Source: Octopus vulgaris (taxonomy: Eukaryota). From it: 64,000 nucleotides of DNA. The stretch spans positions 195,734,001 to 195,798,000 of the forward strand of contig OX597815.1 in NCBI GenBank assembly GCA_951406725.2. The letters are read 5' to 3'. Position 1 is the first letter of the stretch, and every line of letters starts with the position of its first letter. A program made the translations under genes and the position numbers. Below the pieces are notes generated by a model, which searched no databases, had not been told where the DNA came from, and saw only the letters and a program-made list of their open reading frames with translations. Shown in pieces: positions 41,685 to 56,029 of this stretch.

Positions 41685-42074
41685 TTAGCAGTATCGCTCG
41701 GCGTTTCTCGGGTTTGTTTCGACCCTTTAGAATTGGAATTTTTCAAAAGTAAAAATTTTGCATTATGTAGCTTGTTATTCTTTTTAAGTGAACATTTTGC
41801 TGGTTGAAATACACCGAAAAATGGAGACACAGCGGTCAAAAAATCGTAACAAAACAGGGATTTTCATAGAAAAAACCCCACTTTTTATGTAATTAATTTT
41901 TCGTGTTAACATGGTCCGATTTGAATTTTTTCTTCTACGGAATGAAGAGCACGCATTTTTCTATCATACTCTCAATTTTGGTCAACTTGCGCAGCAGGGT
42001 CTCGGAGGAGATAGTGTTAGTGGAAGCCTACCAAACCTGCCACACACAGACAACTTCAGCTTTATATATAGAGA
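41685..42074 (-). mobile_element. Non-autonomous Helitron
   Basis: Minus strand begins A|TCTCTATATATAAAG and ends with a GC hairpin (cccgagaaacgccgagcg) then CTAA|T; termini shared with 55623-56017. Confidence 0.75.
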
Positions 42075-42892
42075 TTTGTTACAAGCAAGGTGTGAGCACT
42101 AAACGCCCTGTTGTGTCTTTGTGTGTTGTATACGTGTGTTTAATATGCACATGTTACGAAAAAATGTCGACATTACGTTTCATGCATAAACAGGATATTT
42201 GAAACTACGCTCACAACTTTATGATATATAACGTATATACATATACATATATACATTAAGACAAAACTCAATAACATGATTAACCGTGATATTCGTCCAA
42301 GCATGACAATATAACTATACATCTGTTTATTTGTATACATTTCCTTTTTCCCTCACATCAATGTAACAATATCAAGTGTATTATGTTTCATATATTCTAT
42401 GTGCTGAGCAGGTTTAATAAAATAAACACCTATTCGTGTAGACTAACTCACTAACTATGTATATCTAAAAATACTCACAGTGTTTACAAGCATGTGAATA
42501 TGCTTGTATGACGGTGTGTGCGAACACGGATTTCATACACAAATACAGCTATATTTATAAGTAATTGAGATTATATCCTAGATACGGGTTATTCTCAGTG
42601 TATGGACTGTAGAAAAGGACTCCAAGATCTAGATTATTCACGAAAACATGAATAAAATGTATAGATATATAGATATATAAAATGTTGAGAAGAGAAATAC
42701 ATACATACGTAGAGAGAACCATGCACACATGTATACACACAAACATACACATACACACAAACACACAAACAGACACACACATCTGTTACCATCTATGGTT
42801 GCCGGCATGGTAAAAGGCAAAGTCGGACTGGCAGGAATTCGATCTTAGAACGTATGCATTTTGTCTGACACGCTAATGATTATAACCATATA

Positions 42893-43123
42893 TATTTCTT
42901 TACTACCCACAAGGGGTTAAACACAGAGGGGACAAACAAGGACAGACAAAGGGATTAAGTCGATTACATCAACCCCAGTGCGTAACTGGTACTTAATTTA
43001 TCGACCCCGGAAGGATGAAAGGCAAAGTCGACCTCGGCAGAATTTGAACTCGGAACGTAACGACAGACGAAATACGGCTACGCAATTCGCCCGGCGTGCT
43101 AACGTTTCTGCCAGCTCGCCGCC
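42893..43123 (-). mobile_element. SINE family B, full length, next to an older family-B remnant (42810-42880)
   Basis: Family B match; TSD atgattata(ac/ca)catata. Confidence 0.92.
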
Positions 43124-44626
43124 ATGATTATACACATATATGCGTATATATAATGTGAGTGAGTGTGTGTGGAGGGGTGAGATGTGTGTGCGTGTTTTAT
43201 AATAAATACAATTATTTTATATTCAGTCTCCGTTCATAAAATATGATGTTTCTGGGCAAAATAAATAAGTAAATAAATGAACCAAATATACGCTGCATTG
43301 AAGCTACGTCGAAATTTGTTATAATCAATCTTGCCTTTCCGAGTTTTGACTGGTTAAGAGAAATACATGCATGCAAAAATATTTTTGTAGGAGAAGCAAT
43401 CTGCAACATCGAAAGCAACGTAACCTGAGCACACTGAGATACGATTTCATTCACATAAATAATTCAAGGCGGGAAAAGTACATTAAATTTAAATGTAGGG
43501 TACAAATATGCTGTGGTGTTGTTCTCGATCGTCGCTTCACCGAATCAGCAAAAGAGAGCTGCAATTTAAAAAAAGAAAAGAAAACTAACTATTACCCTGT
43601 GGCTGCCTGTGTATAAGTTCCAGGGTTTAAAGCTGATGACTTTCAAACCCGCTCTTTATCTGTATTTGTCAACATTTTCCCCTATCGTCACTGATCTTAT
43701 GAAGAATGTGAGGTGATTTTGTTGCTGCTGCCCTGGTTTGCTGAACAACCTACTCAATGAATACTGTTGTGGACATTGTTTGTGAAGAACTAGTCCCATT
43801 CGTCCTTCAAATTTGTACTGCTCTCGTGTAGTAAGTGCCACGAGCCCATTAGTTATCAAGATGCAATGCTTGTATGTGATTGCATTCTCTTAGATGAGAA
43901 GGGCTAATAAATCTAAAAGCCCTCATCTGCTCTAGGTCCATTGTAATTTCTGTGAGTGACCTTCATCTGAAGGCTATTCTGTTTCATGCTAATTAACCTA
44001 GAGCTGCGACTAAGAAAAATTTCCACTTCTCTGAGTCAGAGGTCGGGGAAGAAGAGTGACTGAGATGTGGTTTCCCATTCCTCAAACGCAAGAACTTCCA
44101 AAAATGGCCCCAGATTATGGGTACACTCTGGATCAAAATATGTCGTAGATATAAATAAATATTGTCATATTGTATCAAATTTAAGAAAGAAAATTTGAAA
44201 CAATCTATTTGAGTTATATAAAGAGAAATGAAGTGCTTAGCATCAGAAAAGTTTCAAAATTTACATACATTCATACTGTGCATATTTCATCATCAGCTGT
44301 CAAATGGATATCATAATGCTTTCAACAGCTGCGTAGTAACATTTAATCCGGTGGTGTCAAAAGCGGTAAGGACATAAATCTTGGCTAGAAAGGAGTAGAC
44401 GTGAAAAAGGACCGAACAGAAGAGTAATCTGTCCAATCCAACAATTGGAGCCAGCACAAATAAGGGTAATAATTCTAAAAAGAAAGTATCGCATATCTAT
44501 AGCTAAAGAGCGGAACCATGAATAACTAAAATATATAAAGTAGAAATATCTTCAAAATAGACATTGTTACCGAAAGATCTATAAAAATGAAAAACCTTAA
44601 ATTATTAAAATGATGTTATTGAACAT

Positions 44627-44885
44627 TGTCGTGGCACTCCTTCAGTTACTACGACGAAGGTTCCAGTTGATGCGATCAACGGAACAGCCTGCTCGTGAAA
44701 TTATCGTGTAAGTGGCTGCGTACTCCACAGACTCGTGTATCCTTAACGTAGTTCTCGGGGAGATTCAGCTTGACACAGAGTGTGACAAGGCCGACCCTTT
44801 GAAATACAGGTACAACAGAAACAGGAAGAAAGAGTGAGAGAAAGTTGTGGTGAAAGAGTACAGCAGGGTTTACCACCACCCTGCT
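44627..44885 (-). mobile_element. SINE family C 3' portion
   Basis: Its reverse complement (ccttgtcacactctgtgtcaagctgaatctccc...gtctgtggagtacgc...ttcacgagcaggctgttcc) matches 55160-55275. Confidence 0.7.
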
Positions 44886-45006
44886 ACGTGGTTCCGAGTT
44901 CAGTCCCACTGCGTGACACCTTGGGCAAGTATCTTCTACTATAGCCTCGGGAAGACCAAAGGCTTGTGAGTAGATTTAGTTGACGGAAACTGAAAGAAGC
45001 ACGTCG

Positions 45007-45070
<64 letters not shown>

Positions 45071-45295
45071 TGTGTGTATGTGTGTGTGTGTGTTTGTGTA
45101 TCTGTGTTTGTCCCCACCACCATCGCTTGACAACGATGTTGGTGTGTTTACGTACCCGTAACTTAGCGGTTCGCCAAAATAACCGATATAATCAGTACCA
45201 GGATTACATAGAATAAGTCCTGCGGTAGTTTTGTTCGACTAAAGGCGGTGCTCCAGCATGACAGCAGTCAAATGACTGAAGCAAGTAAGAGAATA
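44886..45295 (+). mobile_element. SINE family A (lacks first ~35 nt)
   Basis: Match to family A from the B-box onward. Confidence 0.88.
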
Positions 45296-45662
45296 CAGAT
45301 TAATTACTGAGAACACAAGAATAGGAATTGCTTCTTAACAAAAGCTTGTATACATAATTAAAGCACCCCAAATGTAAACATTCAGAATATCATATCATTA
45401 CAACTATCAGTGTTCAATCGACTTGAAATCACACGATTTGGGAATAAACCAATGGAGACCAATATCTAGTAAATACAAACGAATATTTCTAACTAAAAAC
45501 GCTAAAGATAAAATTTAATAAAGCACACGAATTGTAAAGAAAATACTAACATATTTTAAAATTGAAAACATAAAGCGAACTAAATTTAAACCAAAGATAT
45601 AAAATTACTTTAATTATGAAATATTAATTGCGTTTGGCGTCACACACACACACACACACATA

Positions 45663-46100
45663 CACAGGCTGGACAAAATAATGGAAACACCTCAAAATCT
45701 CAAATAAATGTATTCTAATATGGAGTAGAACCGCCTTTGGCAGTAATTACAGCTTGAATTTTACGAGGTATGGACACGTACAAAGTTTGAATTGATTCCA
45801 AAAGGATTTCTGTTCATTATTCATCTAAAAGAGTCTCTATTTCTTGGAGTGATGATGGTAGAGCATATCGACTCCTTACCTGTTTTTCTAAAACGCACCA
45901 TAGATGTTCAATAATATTGAGATCTGGGGATTGTGTTGGCCAGATAAGATGTTCAATTTCAGTAGAATGTTCCTCGTGCCATTCAATTACAACTTTAGCT
46001 GTGTGAATTGGTGCATTATCATCCTGAAAGATTGCATTTCGCTCCGGAAATAGTTCTGCAATCATAGAATGAATTTGATCAAATAAAATACTTAATTAAT
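45663..46100 (-). mobile_element. Tc1-like transposon 3' fragment with terminal repeat
   Basis: IFQDDNAPIHTAK...WPTQSPDLNIIEHLW catalytic motifs (ORF 45817-46065); terminus ta|cacaggctggacaaaataatggaaacacc. Confidence 0.88.
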
Positions 46101-46107
46101 TAGTCTT

Positions 46108-46177
<70 letters not shown>

Positions 46178-46246
46178 TAGACAACGCAATACATCAATAC
46201 ATGTCTTTCGGTTCTACTAAAAGCTTCATATGTTGAGATATATCTG

Positions 46247-46295
<49 letters not shown>

Positions 46296-46792
46296 TCAAG
46301 AACAAAACAAGTCCTAAAGAAGTCAATAAATCAAAGAAAGGAAGACACGCAAAAGAGTTGAGGAGGCAGCATATAGAATACGCTGAAAAATACAAAAACG
46401 GAAAACGAAAAACGTAAGACGAACATTTAAAAACAAATAAAAGAATTATCCTTCTTAGACCTCAAATTACAAAGCTGGAAATTACAAAGCTGGAAAGACA
46501 TCAACATGTTTATGAGGTCTAAGCTGGAATTTTCCAATTCTTTAAAATTTGTTTATACATATGTTTGTAACTGCTGATAATTTCAGAACTAGAGTTCAGT
46601 ACACACTTATGGATCTGATTCAAATATTTAGCTCGTTATCATATGTGGTTTGTGCCATGTGAATGTTTGAGATACTTCTCAACATATGAGACTATTAGTA
46701 CTTTTAAAGACATGTATTGTGGCCTTTAAATAAATAATTTTTATCTCTCTCAAGATAGAGTACTTGTTGATCTTTCTGTCACGGAACAGTAC

Positions 46793-46860
<68 letters not shown>

Positions 46861-47148
46861 CAGTGTAACTTTTCAGCATTTGAGAATGTTATATATAAAC
46901 TAGTAGTACGGTGGAAAGCAAAAAAAGCTGTCGATATATTTAACGCAGAAACAATTTCGAGTGATCCGTTTGTGACGGTTTCCAATAAGTATCAACGTCC
47001 AGTTCGAAATGTTTTTCAAAATATTTAATTTTCATTTATATTTGTTATACTTATTTCATCCGTTCCGCAATAAACGGAAGTGATGCACCTACATACAAGT
47101 AAGCATACATACATAGAGAAACACACACACACACACACACACATATAC

Positions 47149-47194
<46 letters not shown>

Positions 47195-47299
47195 CCTTGC
47201 GTATATACACAGATACAGATATATAAAACATAGATACATACACATGTGTGTGCGTTTCTATGTATGTATACGTGGATGTTTGTATAAATATACATATAC

Positions 47300-47446
<147 letters not shown>

Positions 47447-47882
47447 CGATACTAAATATATTGACATTTCCAAATAGACATAGATTAAATTTGAAATATT
47501 TTTATTTTGAAAGCTTTTAACGGATGTAAGTAAAATATAAGTACATTCTCGCCACTTTGGAACAAGAAAGTTAATTAAATCAAATATAACATGACATTGT
47601 ATACCAAAACTCCATAACGTAAACTGTCATGTTATAAGTGCACTTACAAGCACTTCACACGATATACATTTCTTTGATTTAATTTCGCGAATGAAATAAA
47701 GAGGCTTATTGGATTTTATAGGTCATTGGTCTTAGAATAAATGTTCTAAATATATTTTCATTGTATAGATGATTTAATAAAGACGCATGCATCCTCCTAA
47801 CACTCTCTGTCCTTCTCTCTCTCCCTCAATCCATACATATACATTTATATACACACACACACACACACATACACACAAATAT

Positions 47883-47985
<103 letters not shown>

Positions 47986-48034
47986 TATTTATAGCATACA
48001 TACGCATATACACGCCCGCACAGACATATATGTA

Positions 48035-48150
<116 letters not shown>

Positions 48151-48151
48151 A

Positions 48152-48190
<39 letters not shown>

Positions 48191-48224
48191 ACATTTACAT
48201 ACATACACACACACACACACACAC

Positions 48225-48262
<38 letters not shown>

Positions 48263-49123
48263 GTGTGTTTACTGTTGATATTTTTCTCTCTCGTTAATTT
48301 CGTTGCCTTACTCCGGCTCCTCTAATTTCTATATGAACACATAAATATTGGTGTTGAGAGAAATAACTCTCCTCCATGGATTTAGGATTTTTGCACTGTT
48401 TATATTGCCATAACTATGCTTGTTTTCTTGATGAACGCTAAAGCCTTGCAATTTGGTTCATCAGGTATTTCTATATGATAGCTTTCATAGATATCGTGAA
48501 CGCCAAAGAGGCTGTGAAGAAATGAAGTGAAAAACCACAAAGGTTGAGTTTAAAACTACACTATTAATGCTAGGTATCGGTGATACAAACATAAGACGAT
48601 GACGATGTCTCTTTTTAGCTAGGATGATATTCATCACAATATATTCTTTTAAAAATTATCTCGATTTTTCCCAGTTCTTTTTTTTTTTTTTTGTGTCGAG
48701 CAGAACTAGTAATGGAAACAGAAGACAACTTCTATGTAATTTTCCTATAATTTTCCGTTGCTTGCTGATCCACTGGAGCCTCTAACGGTCGCACAGAGTA
48801 ATTTAGATATTTTATGCATGCATTCTAATATACAATCGGTAAATACGAGAGGAACATAGTAACTTTTAAAGTGTAAGCGCAACTGTCCTACAAGATCATT
48901 TCAGTTTAATAAATACGAAAATAATGTCACTCGTATCTGCTGTGGTATCTGGTTGGTAACTGAAAAAAACAACTTAATTTGCTTGATTGTATGCATGCAG
49001 GTATGTATGTTGCATGTATGCAGGTATGTATGTTGCATGTATGTATGTATGTATGCATGTATGCATGTATGTATGTATGTATGTATGTATGTATGTATGT
49101 ATGTATGTATGTATGTATGTATA

Positions 49124-49600
49124 TACCGGCAACCCCACCAGGCTTGCTTGGTGAGGAGGGTGTTTACTGGACACCCTGCGGGATGAAAAACAAAACCCGT
49201 GAAAGATCGGAGGAACTCTTGAGAGTCAACGGCCATCCAATAAACGTCTTAAGGCTGTATCATGCGCGGGGACATAGAAATAATCGGACTGAAAACCCGA
49301 CTGCAAGGTTAAACCATTGGAAGTGAAGGACTCCTAGCCTTTGTTAGGGCATCCTTCTAGGAGAAGGTAACTCAGGTAACTGGGATAACTCCGACATAAA
49401 ACCTGCGGCTCAGTGGTTACCGATGATGTCGACTTGTTCTTCTTTTCGGATTATGGCTGATGTTGCTTAGTGAGTGGGATTGACTCAGTGCACAGCCTTT
49501 CCTCGCTTTAAAAAAAATCTTCTTGCACGGGCATTGCACGATAACAACATTAACTAAGCTTCGCGCAATGGTCATACTCGATAACGAGGGGGCAGCCACT
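49124..49600 (+). mobile_element. Probable RTE-5'UTR-derived short retroposon inserted in (TATG)n
   Basis: GC-richer ~475-bp island with ggcatccttctaggagaaggtaactc...aaacct, resembling RTE 5' regions (from recall); flanked by tatg repeats. Confidence 0.45.
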
Positions 49601-49956
49601 ATGTATGTATATGGATGGATGTATGGATATATAGAGATAGATAGATAGATAGATAGATAACTAGATAGATTGATAGATAGATAGATAGATACACACACAT
49701 ACACACAGACACATACATGAGCATGAATATGCTCACACATTTCCCCAACAATATCAGAGTGAGTCTAAAATGTAAATGCAACCCTTACAATTTTGTCTAT
49801 TCGTAAAGCAATAGAGAATTAACAGTAACCAGTGCAGAGAAAACTGTAGCGTTGCATCTTACATGAAAAATTCTATACCCCTCGGGTATGGTAAAACACG
49901 AACTGAAGTATTTTTTTTAAAGTTGTTAAGCTCCTTTACGCATGGAATTTGTCTCA

Positions 49957-50012
49957 GACATGTAGAACGTTGACATGTAGAACATTGACATGTAGAACGC
50001 TGACATGTAGAA
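49957..50012. repeat. 15-bp tandem repeat, about 3.7 units
   Basis: gacatgtagaac(g/a)(t/c)t repeated. Confidence 0.9.
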
Positions 50013-50161
50013 AAATGTAAATCCTGGAAAGAATAAAATTTCTCATGTGACAAAGGTCTGGAATACTTCAGACGGAGAATTAACTGCATGAAAACCACTT
50101 CCAGAGAAATATGTCTTCTCGAGATCAAGAATAAATAATATCTGGGATACAGTACATAGAG

Positions 50162-50207
<46 letters not shown>

Positions 50208-50366
50208 ATACATACATATGTACATATGTATATATATACATATATAGATATATATGTGTGTGTGTGTGTATAAATATATATATATACAAACATACATATA
50301 TATATATACATACTTGTATTATGAACCACATATAATTAATATGTACGCTTCATGTATCTTCGGCTA

Positions 50367-50443
<77 letters not shown>

Positions 50444-50557
50444 GTATATATATATATATATATATGTGTATATATATATGTATGTATATATATATATTTA
50501 TATATATATGTACATATATATATATATATAGATATACATGTATATATACATGTATGT

Positions 50558-50623
<66 letters not shown>

Positions 50624-50955
50624 AAACGAAACCTGTTCAAGGAAGCTGAACAATAAATATAATCACCAAATATATATAATGTTGAATGACTAACTGGAAT
50701 GTGTTTCCACTTGTCCCATGAGAGACATAGAAATATATATACCAGAAGAACGTCTCAACAGCACAGCGGTATAATACAGAAATCAGCCTCTTGCATCCAA
50801 CCATGCTCAACCAGAGGTTAGAAAGGTCTTTGTGGAAAGTATCTTGAGACAACTACTGATTGTATTTACAGGAAGCGCCACCCTTGTTTCACACTAAAAT
50901 AACGATAGCGGCATTTCTTTAGAGAAAAGATAAAAACCGTTCATTTACATAAATT

Positions 50956-51014
<59 letters not shown>

Positions 51015-51056
51015 GCACACGCATATAGATACACATACAGACACACACACACACAT

Positions 51057-51103
<47 letters not shown>

Positions 51104-51161
51104 CGTGTATGTATGCTTATGTATATATATACATATATGTGCATATATTTACATTATATAT

Positions 51162-51195
<34 letters not shown>

Positions 51196-51228
51196 ATACA
51201 TATATTTCTATACACACACAGACATATA

Positions 51229-51305
<77 letters not shown>

Positions 51306-51469
51306 ATATATATATATAGTATGTGAATAGGTTATAATCGAGGCTGTGACCTTGGGAATCTCGTCTGCGTATTCCATTACTCCAGAATAAATATACATAT
51401 TATATAATTGTGTCAGGTTTGATTACGGGTTAAAAAATCTATGTAAGTGGTATTTTCAGGGCAATTTCA

Positions 51470-51697
51470 TATCAAAACAGGAAACTGGAAAACACTTAAG
51501 TGTTAACTTTTGACCATTACACGTTTCTTATTTGCTAATAGGAATTACAAAAGTGTACATGATGTTGAAACATGTAAGATATCTCCTATTTGAAATTATG
51601 GTTACAGGGAATCGAGAAAGACATTATTTGATTCTCTGCCATGTGTAATGAAGAATGAATATCACCAAATTTTTGTTTCCAGTTTTCTGTTTTGATG
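51470..51697. mobile_element. Possible degraded MITE
   Basis: atcaaaacaggaaactggaaa ... tttccagttttctgttttgat inverted pair; no clear TSD. Confidence 0.4.
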
Positions 51698-51726
51698 GAT
51701 GCATCTGTGTGCGTATATCTTTTGGT

Positions 51727-51890
51727 ATTTTACTTGTTTCATTCATTTGACTGCGGCTATGCTGGGGCAGCAATTTGAAGAATTTGTTTTAGTCGAATGA
51801 ATTTACCCCGGTAATTATTTATTTTGTTAAGCCCGTCACGTACTCTATCAGTCCTTTTTACTGAACTGCTGAGTCACGTGAACGTAAGGA
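51727..51890 (-). mobile_element. SINE family A 3' fragment (old)
   Basis: ttttacttgtttcattcatttgactgcggctatgctggggca. Confidence 0.7.
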
Positions 51891-51915
51891 CATACAATAT
51901 ATACGTGCATTTATG

Positions 51916-51970
<55 letters not shown>

Positions 51971-52392
51971 ATGTGTATCTGTGCATATATACATACACAC
52001 TTATCTGTACCTATATATATATATGATATAGATAGAAAACTAATTTAAAAAGATACCTTGGTAGACAAAGGTATATATATATATAAACTTACACTCTCAT
52101 GGCAGAGTCGTAAATGAAATGCCTTTTTCATGGGTATAGTAATATCCCTATTTCTAATCCTACCTACTACGTAACCATCTTTCCCGTAAATGCCCCTAGC
52201 GTTGTGTTATCTGCTGCAATTCATTGTTCAAAGGGTGTTTCCTCCTTTTTACTTACCACTGTTTACCACTGGCGGCTCGAAAATTTCTCAGGGTCTTTTC
52301 GCTTACCTCTGATTTAGTGAAAGCTACATTCATAAAAATATGGTCTTAGGATATTACAAGAGTATGTTGCAGTTACGCTCTTAAGAGTGTGA

Positions 52393-52442
<50 letters not shown>

Positions 52443-52788
52443 GAAAGAGAAATGATCTCGTTAGACATATTTGGATGTCATCAGTTTCAGACTCTGCACT
52501 ATTGGAATACTGTTTAATATTATCAGTCAGCTCAATTAGATATCACTTGATATAAAAAAAAAACAAATCATCACGTTCTTTAGATGTAGATAAGCTGATA
52601 TACTCATTATCTGAATGATTGCAGATGCACTGTTGTAAAACTTAATGAGACGAAAAGAATGTTTATTAATGATCGTTCATTCGATAAGCATTTATAGTCT
52701 CATTGGGTATTATGAAAATTGCAGGGATATTTTTTTAAATACATAATTAATTCCTCCATATGGTCTTTGGTTTCTAGTTTAAATATAT

Positions 52789-53318
<530 letters not shown>

Positions 53319-53728
53319 CATACTTCTAGTATTTACTACAATAACCTCCTATGGGTGTGCGCAAATAACGTATAAACACACACACGCGCCCACGCATTAT
53401 TTTTACGTTTACTTATCCTTTCTACTAAAGGCACAAGTATTGAAATTTTGGAGGAGTGGGCTAGTCGATTACATCGACCTCATTATTTCACTGGTACTTA
53501 ATTAATCAATCATCAGAAGATAAACGGCAAAGTCTATATCGGCGGAAGTATCCTTCATGTCTTTAAGGCCTTTAATTGGTTATATATATTATATATATAT
53601 ATAATCATGTCAAAGGGAAATGGAATTTAATTAAAATTAAAACATTCAAACAAAATTTACATTTCCAGTGGTCTAACGTGCAAAAAAGATTAGTCAAGAA
53701 GACTATATGTTAGTTATACGATATAGTG

Positions 53729-53906
53729 TATATTTATACACATAAGGAATCCACTTGTAGGGAATCCAACACATTAGAAAGAACAGCTAGGTTCTGTAAA
53801 CCACAAAAATAACGGATAAAATTCGACAGGAATACATTTTTGTGGTTTGCAGAACCTAGCTGTTCTTTCTAATATGTTGAATTCCCTAAAGTGGATTCCT
53901 CATGTG

Positions 53907-53916
<10 letters not shown>
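53729..53916. repeat. Long hairpin/inverted repeat (arms 53729-53810 / 53836-53916)
   Basis: attagaaagaacagctaggttctg..aaccacaaaaat versus atttttgtggtt..cagaacctagctgttctttctaat. Confidence 0.9.
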
Positions 53917-53963
<47 letters not shown>

Positions 53964-53970
<7 letters not shown>

Positions 53971-54390
53971 TTAGTGAATTGAAGAAATGGAGTTGAACGA
54001 AGATTGAACAGAAATCGTTTTATTGCATTCTACACGTGTATTTGTTTTGCTCCTCCTCTGTTCTGTTTTTGTTTTTTCCAACGGATTTCCTATTTCTTCC
54101 TGAAGAGAAAGACACAATATGGTCTCCTTATTCAATCGGAATTTGGTAAATTGTGCCTTTCGAAACACGTGTAGAATGCAATAAAACGATTTCTGTTCAA
54201 TCTTCGTTGAACTCCATTTCTTCAATTCACTAATAATATTAAAATTCAATTATCCGCACCAACGCACGGTTGCAACACCATATGGTTGTACCTCCAACCG
54301 TGCTGTCTTCTGCTGTGATTTTTGCTACCAAGGTATCGGTTAAACTTTTGATTAATCTGCAACAAGATTATTCATCTTTCTATTTCACAA
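53964..54390 (+). mobile_element. PLE pLTR-like fold-back element between (TA)n tracts; inverted arms 53964-54039 / 54165-54240
   Basis: 76-bp arms with one mismatch; a canonical hammerhead lies between and overlaps the right arm. Confidence 0.8.
54097..54176 (+). ncRNA. Type I hammerhead ribozyme, canonical core
   Basis: ttc-CTGAAGA-gaaagacacaat[31-nt loop]attgtgcctttc-GAAA-cacgtg-TA-gaa: 11/12-bp stem II, palindromic stem III ACACGTGT, GUA cleavage triplet, 3-bp stem I. Confidence 0.85.
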
Positions 54391-55009
54391 TATATATATA
54401 TATATATATATAGGAAAAATAGAAGTTGAAAATGCATTGAGAATAGTTAAAATATTTTTATTAATATATGTGAAGCTTCCACCGGTTTCACAGAGTTTAC
54501 AATGATTTTCAGAAAGTTCAAATAGAAAGATGTGGCTTATATCGCAGCTATGTTTCTTCTGTCTAGAGTTTGAAATTTGCCCTCTTCTTTTAGGGAGTTT
54601 ATTGCTCAAATTAGTATATGTTTGAATAGGATCTGATTGGTTGAAGATAGTCACATGACTGATGTTAGAAAATTTTGCATGTTCCACCTTCGTCCGGGTG
54701 TCAGTATCAAGTGACAATGTTGGTGATGTAATTAAGGCTGATACGGTTGACTGAACAAGTCCAATCGATCAACGCTTGGAATGTTTTCTGTCAAGTGTGT
54801 GTAGGGAACGAACACATGATTAAATTTATAACCTTTTGTAGGAATCCCGCTACGTCCCTGCGTCAGTGCCACTTAACAGCATATTTTGCACCTAAAAAGA
54901 AGCCTACACGGTAGAGTGAACATGGTTAATTATAATCAATGCACACACACACACACACACAGGCACATATATGTATATAGATATACATGGTGGGGGATGA
55001 AGGCGTGGA

Positions 55010-55277
55010 GATTAATAGCTCGGAGATTGAGCTCAAGATCGTAAGGGCGCGAGTTCAATTCCTGGCGACACGTTGTAACCTTGAACAAGAAACATTATTT
55101 GCTGTTGTTCCAGTTCACTCAGTGGTCAAAAATTATAATACCTTTATTTCAAAGAACCAGCCTTGTCACAATCTGTGTCACGTTGAATCTCCCTTAGAAC
55201 TGCACAAAGGGTACATGTGTCTGTGGAGTGCTCGACGAATTGCACTTGAATTTCACGGGCAGGTTTTTCTGGTGGTC
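55010..55277 (+). mobile_element. SINE family C (diverged)
   Basis: B-box gagttcaattcc; body homologous to 44627-44885. Confidence 0.65.
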
Positions 55278-55296
55278 GCACAAACAGGAGAGCCAG

Positions 55297-55612
<316 letters not shown>

Positions 55613-55622
55613 TATATATATA

Positions 55623-56017
55623 CTAGCAGTATCGCCCGGCGTTGCTCGGGTTTGTAAGGGAAATAACTATGTAAGCACTTTTAGAGAGTTATAGCCAAAA
55701 ATAGCAAAAAAATGCATTAAAAATGGAAAAAAAATTATGGTAAATTTTTTTTTTAATCGTTGACTCATCGTAGACATTTTTAGAGAGTTACTTTCGTTAT
55801 ATAATAGCGAAAAAATGCATTAAAATGGGAAAAAATGATGGTAATTTTTTTAAAATCGTAGACTCATCGTAGACGCGCGCTAATACCCAGAAGGGCTCGA
55901 TATGAATCACGACTATAAGTTACCCAGTTTTGGTTAAACTGCACCGCAAAATGTGGGAGTAGTTAGGAATCTAAATCGTAGGAGACAGACACACAACTTC
56001 ACTTTTATATATAAAGA
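55623..56017 (-). mobile_element. Non-autonomous Helitron
   Basis: Minus strand A|TCTTTATATATAAAAG ... cccgagcaacgccggg hairpin, CTAG|T; inserted in an AT dinucleotide, no TSD. Confidence 0.85.
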
Positions 56018-56029
56018 TATATATACCTA

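Noticed and set aside
49957-50012. CRISPR-like array
   Set aside because: Contiguous 15-bp tandem units without spacers; eukaryotic context.
54385-54717. 110-aa minus-strand ORF
   Set aside because: No recognisable motif and it runs into a TA tract; possibly a decayed element but unsupported.
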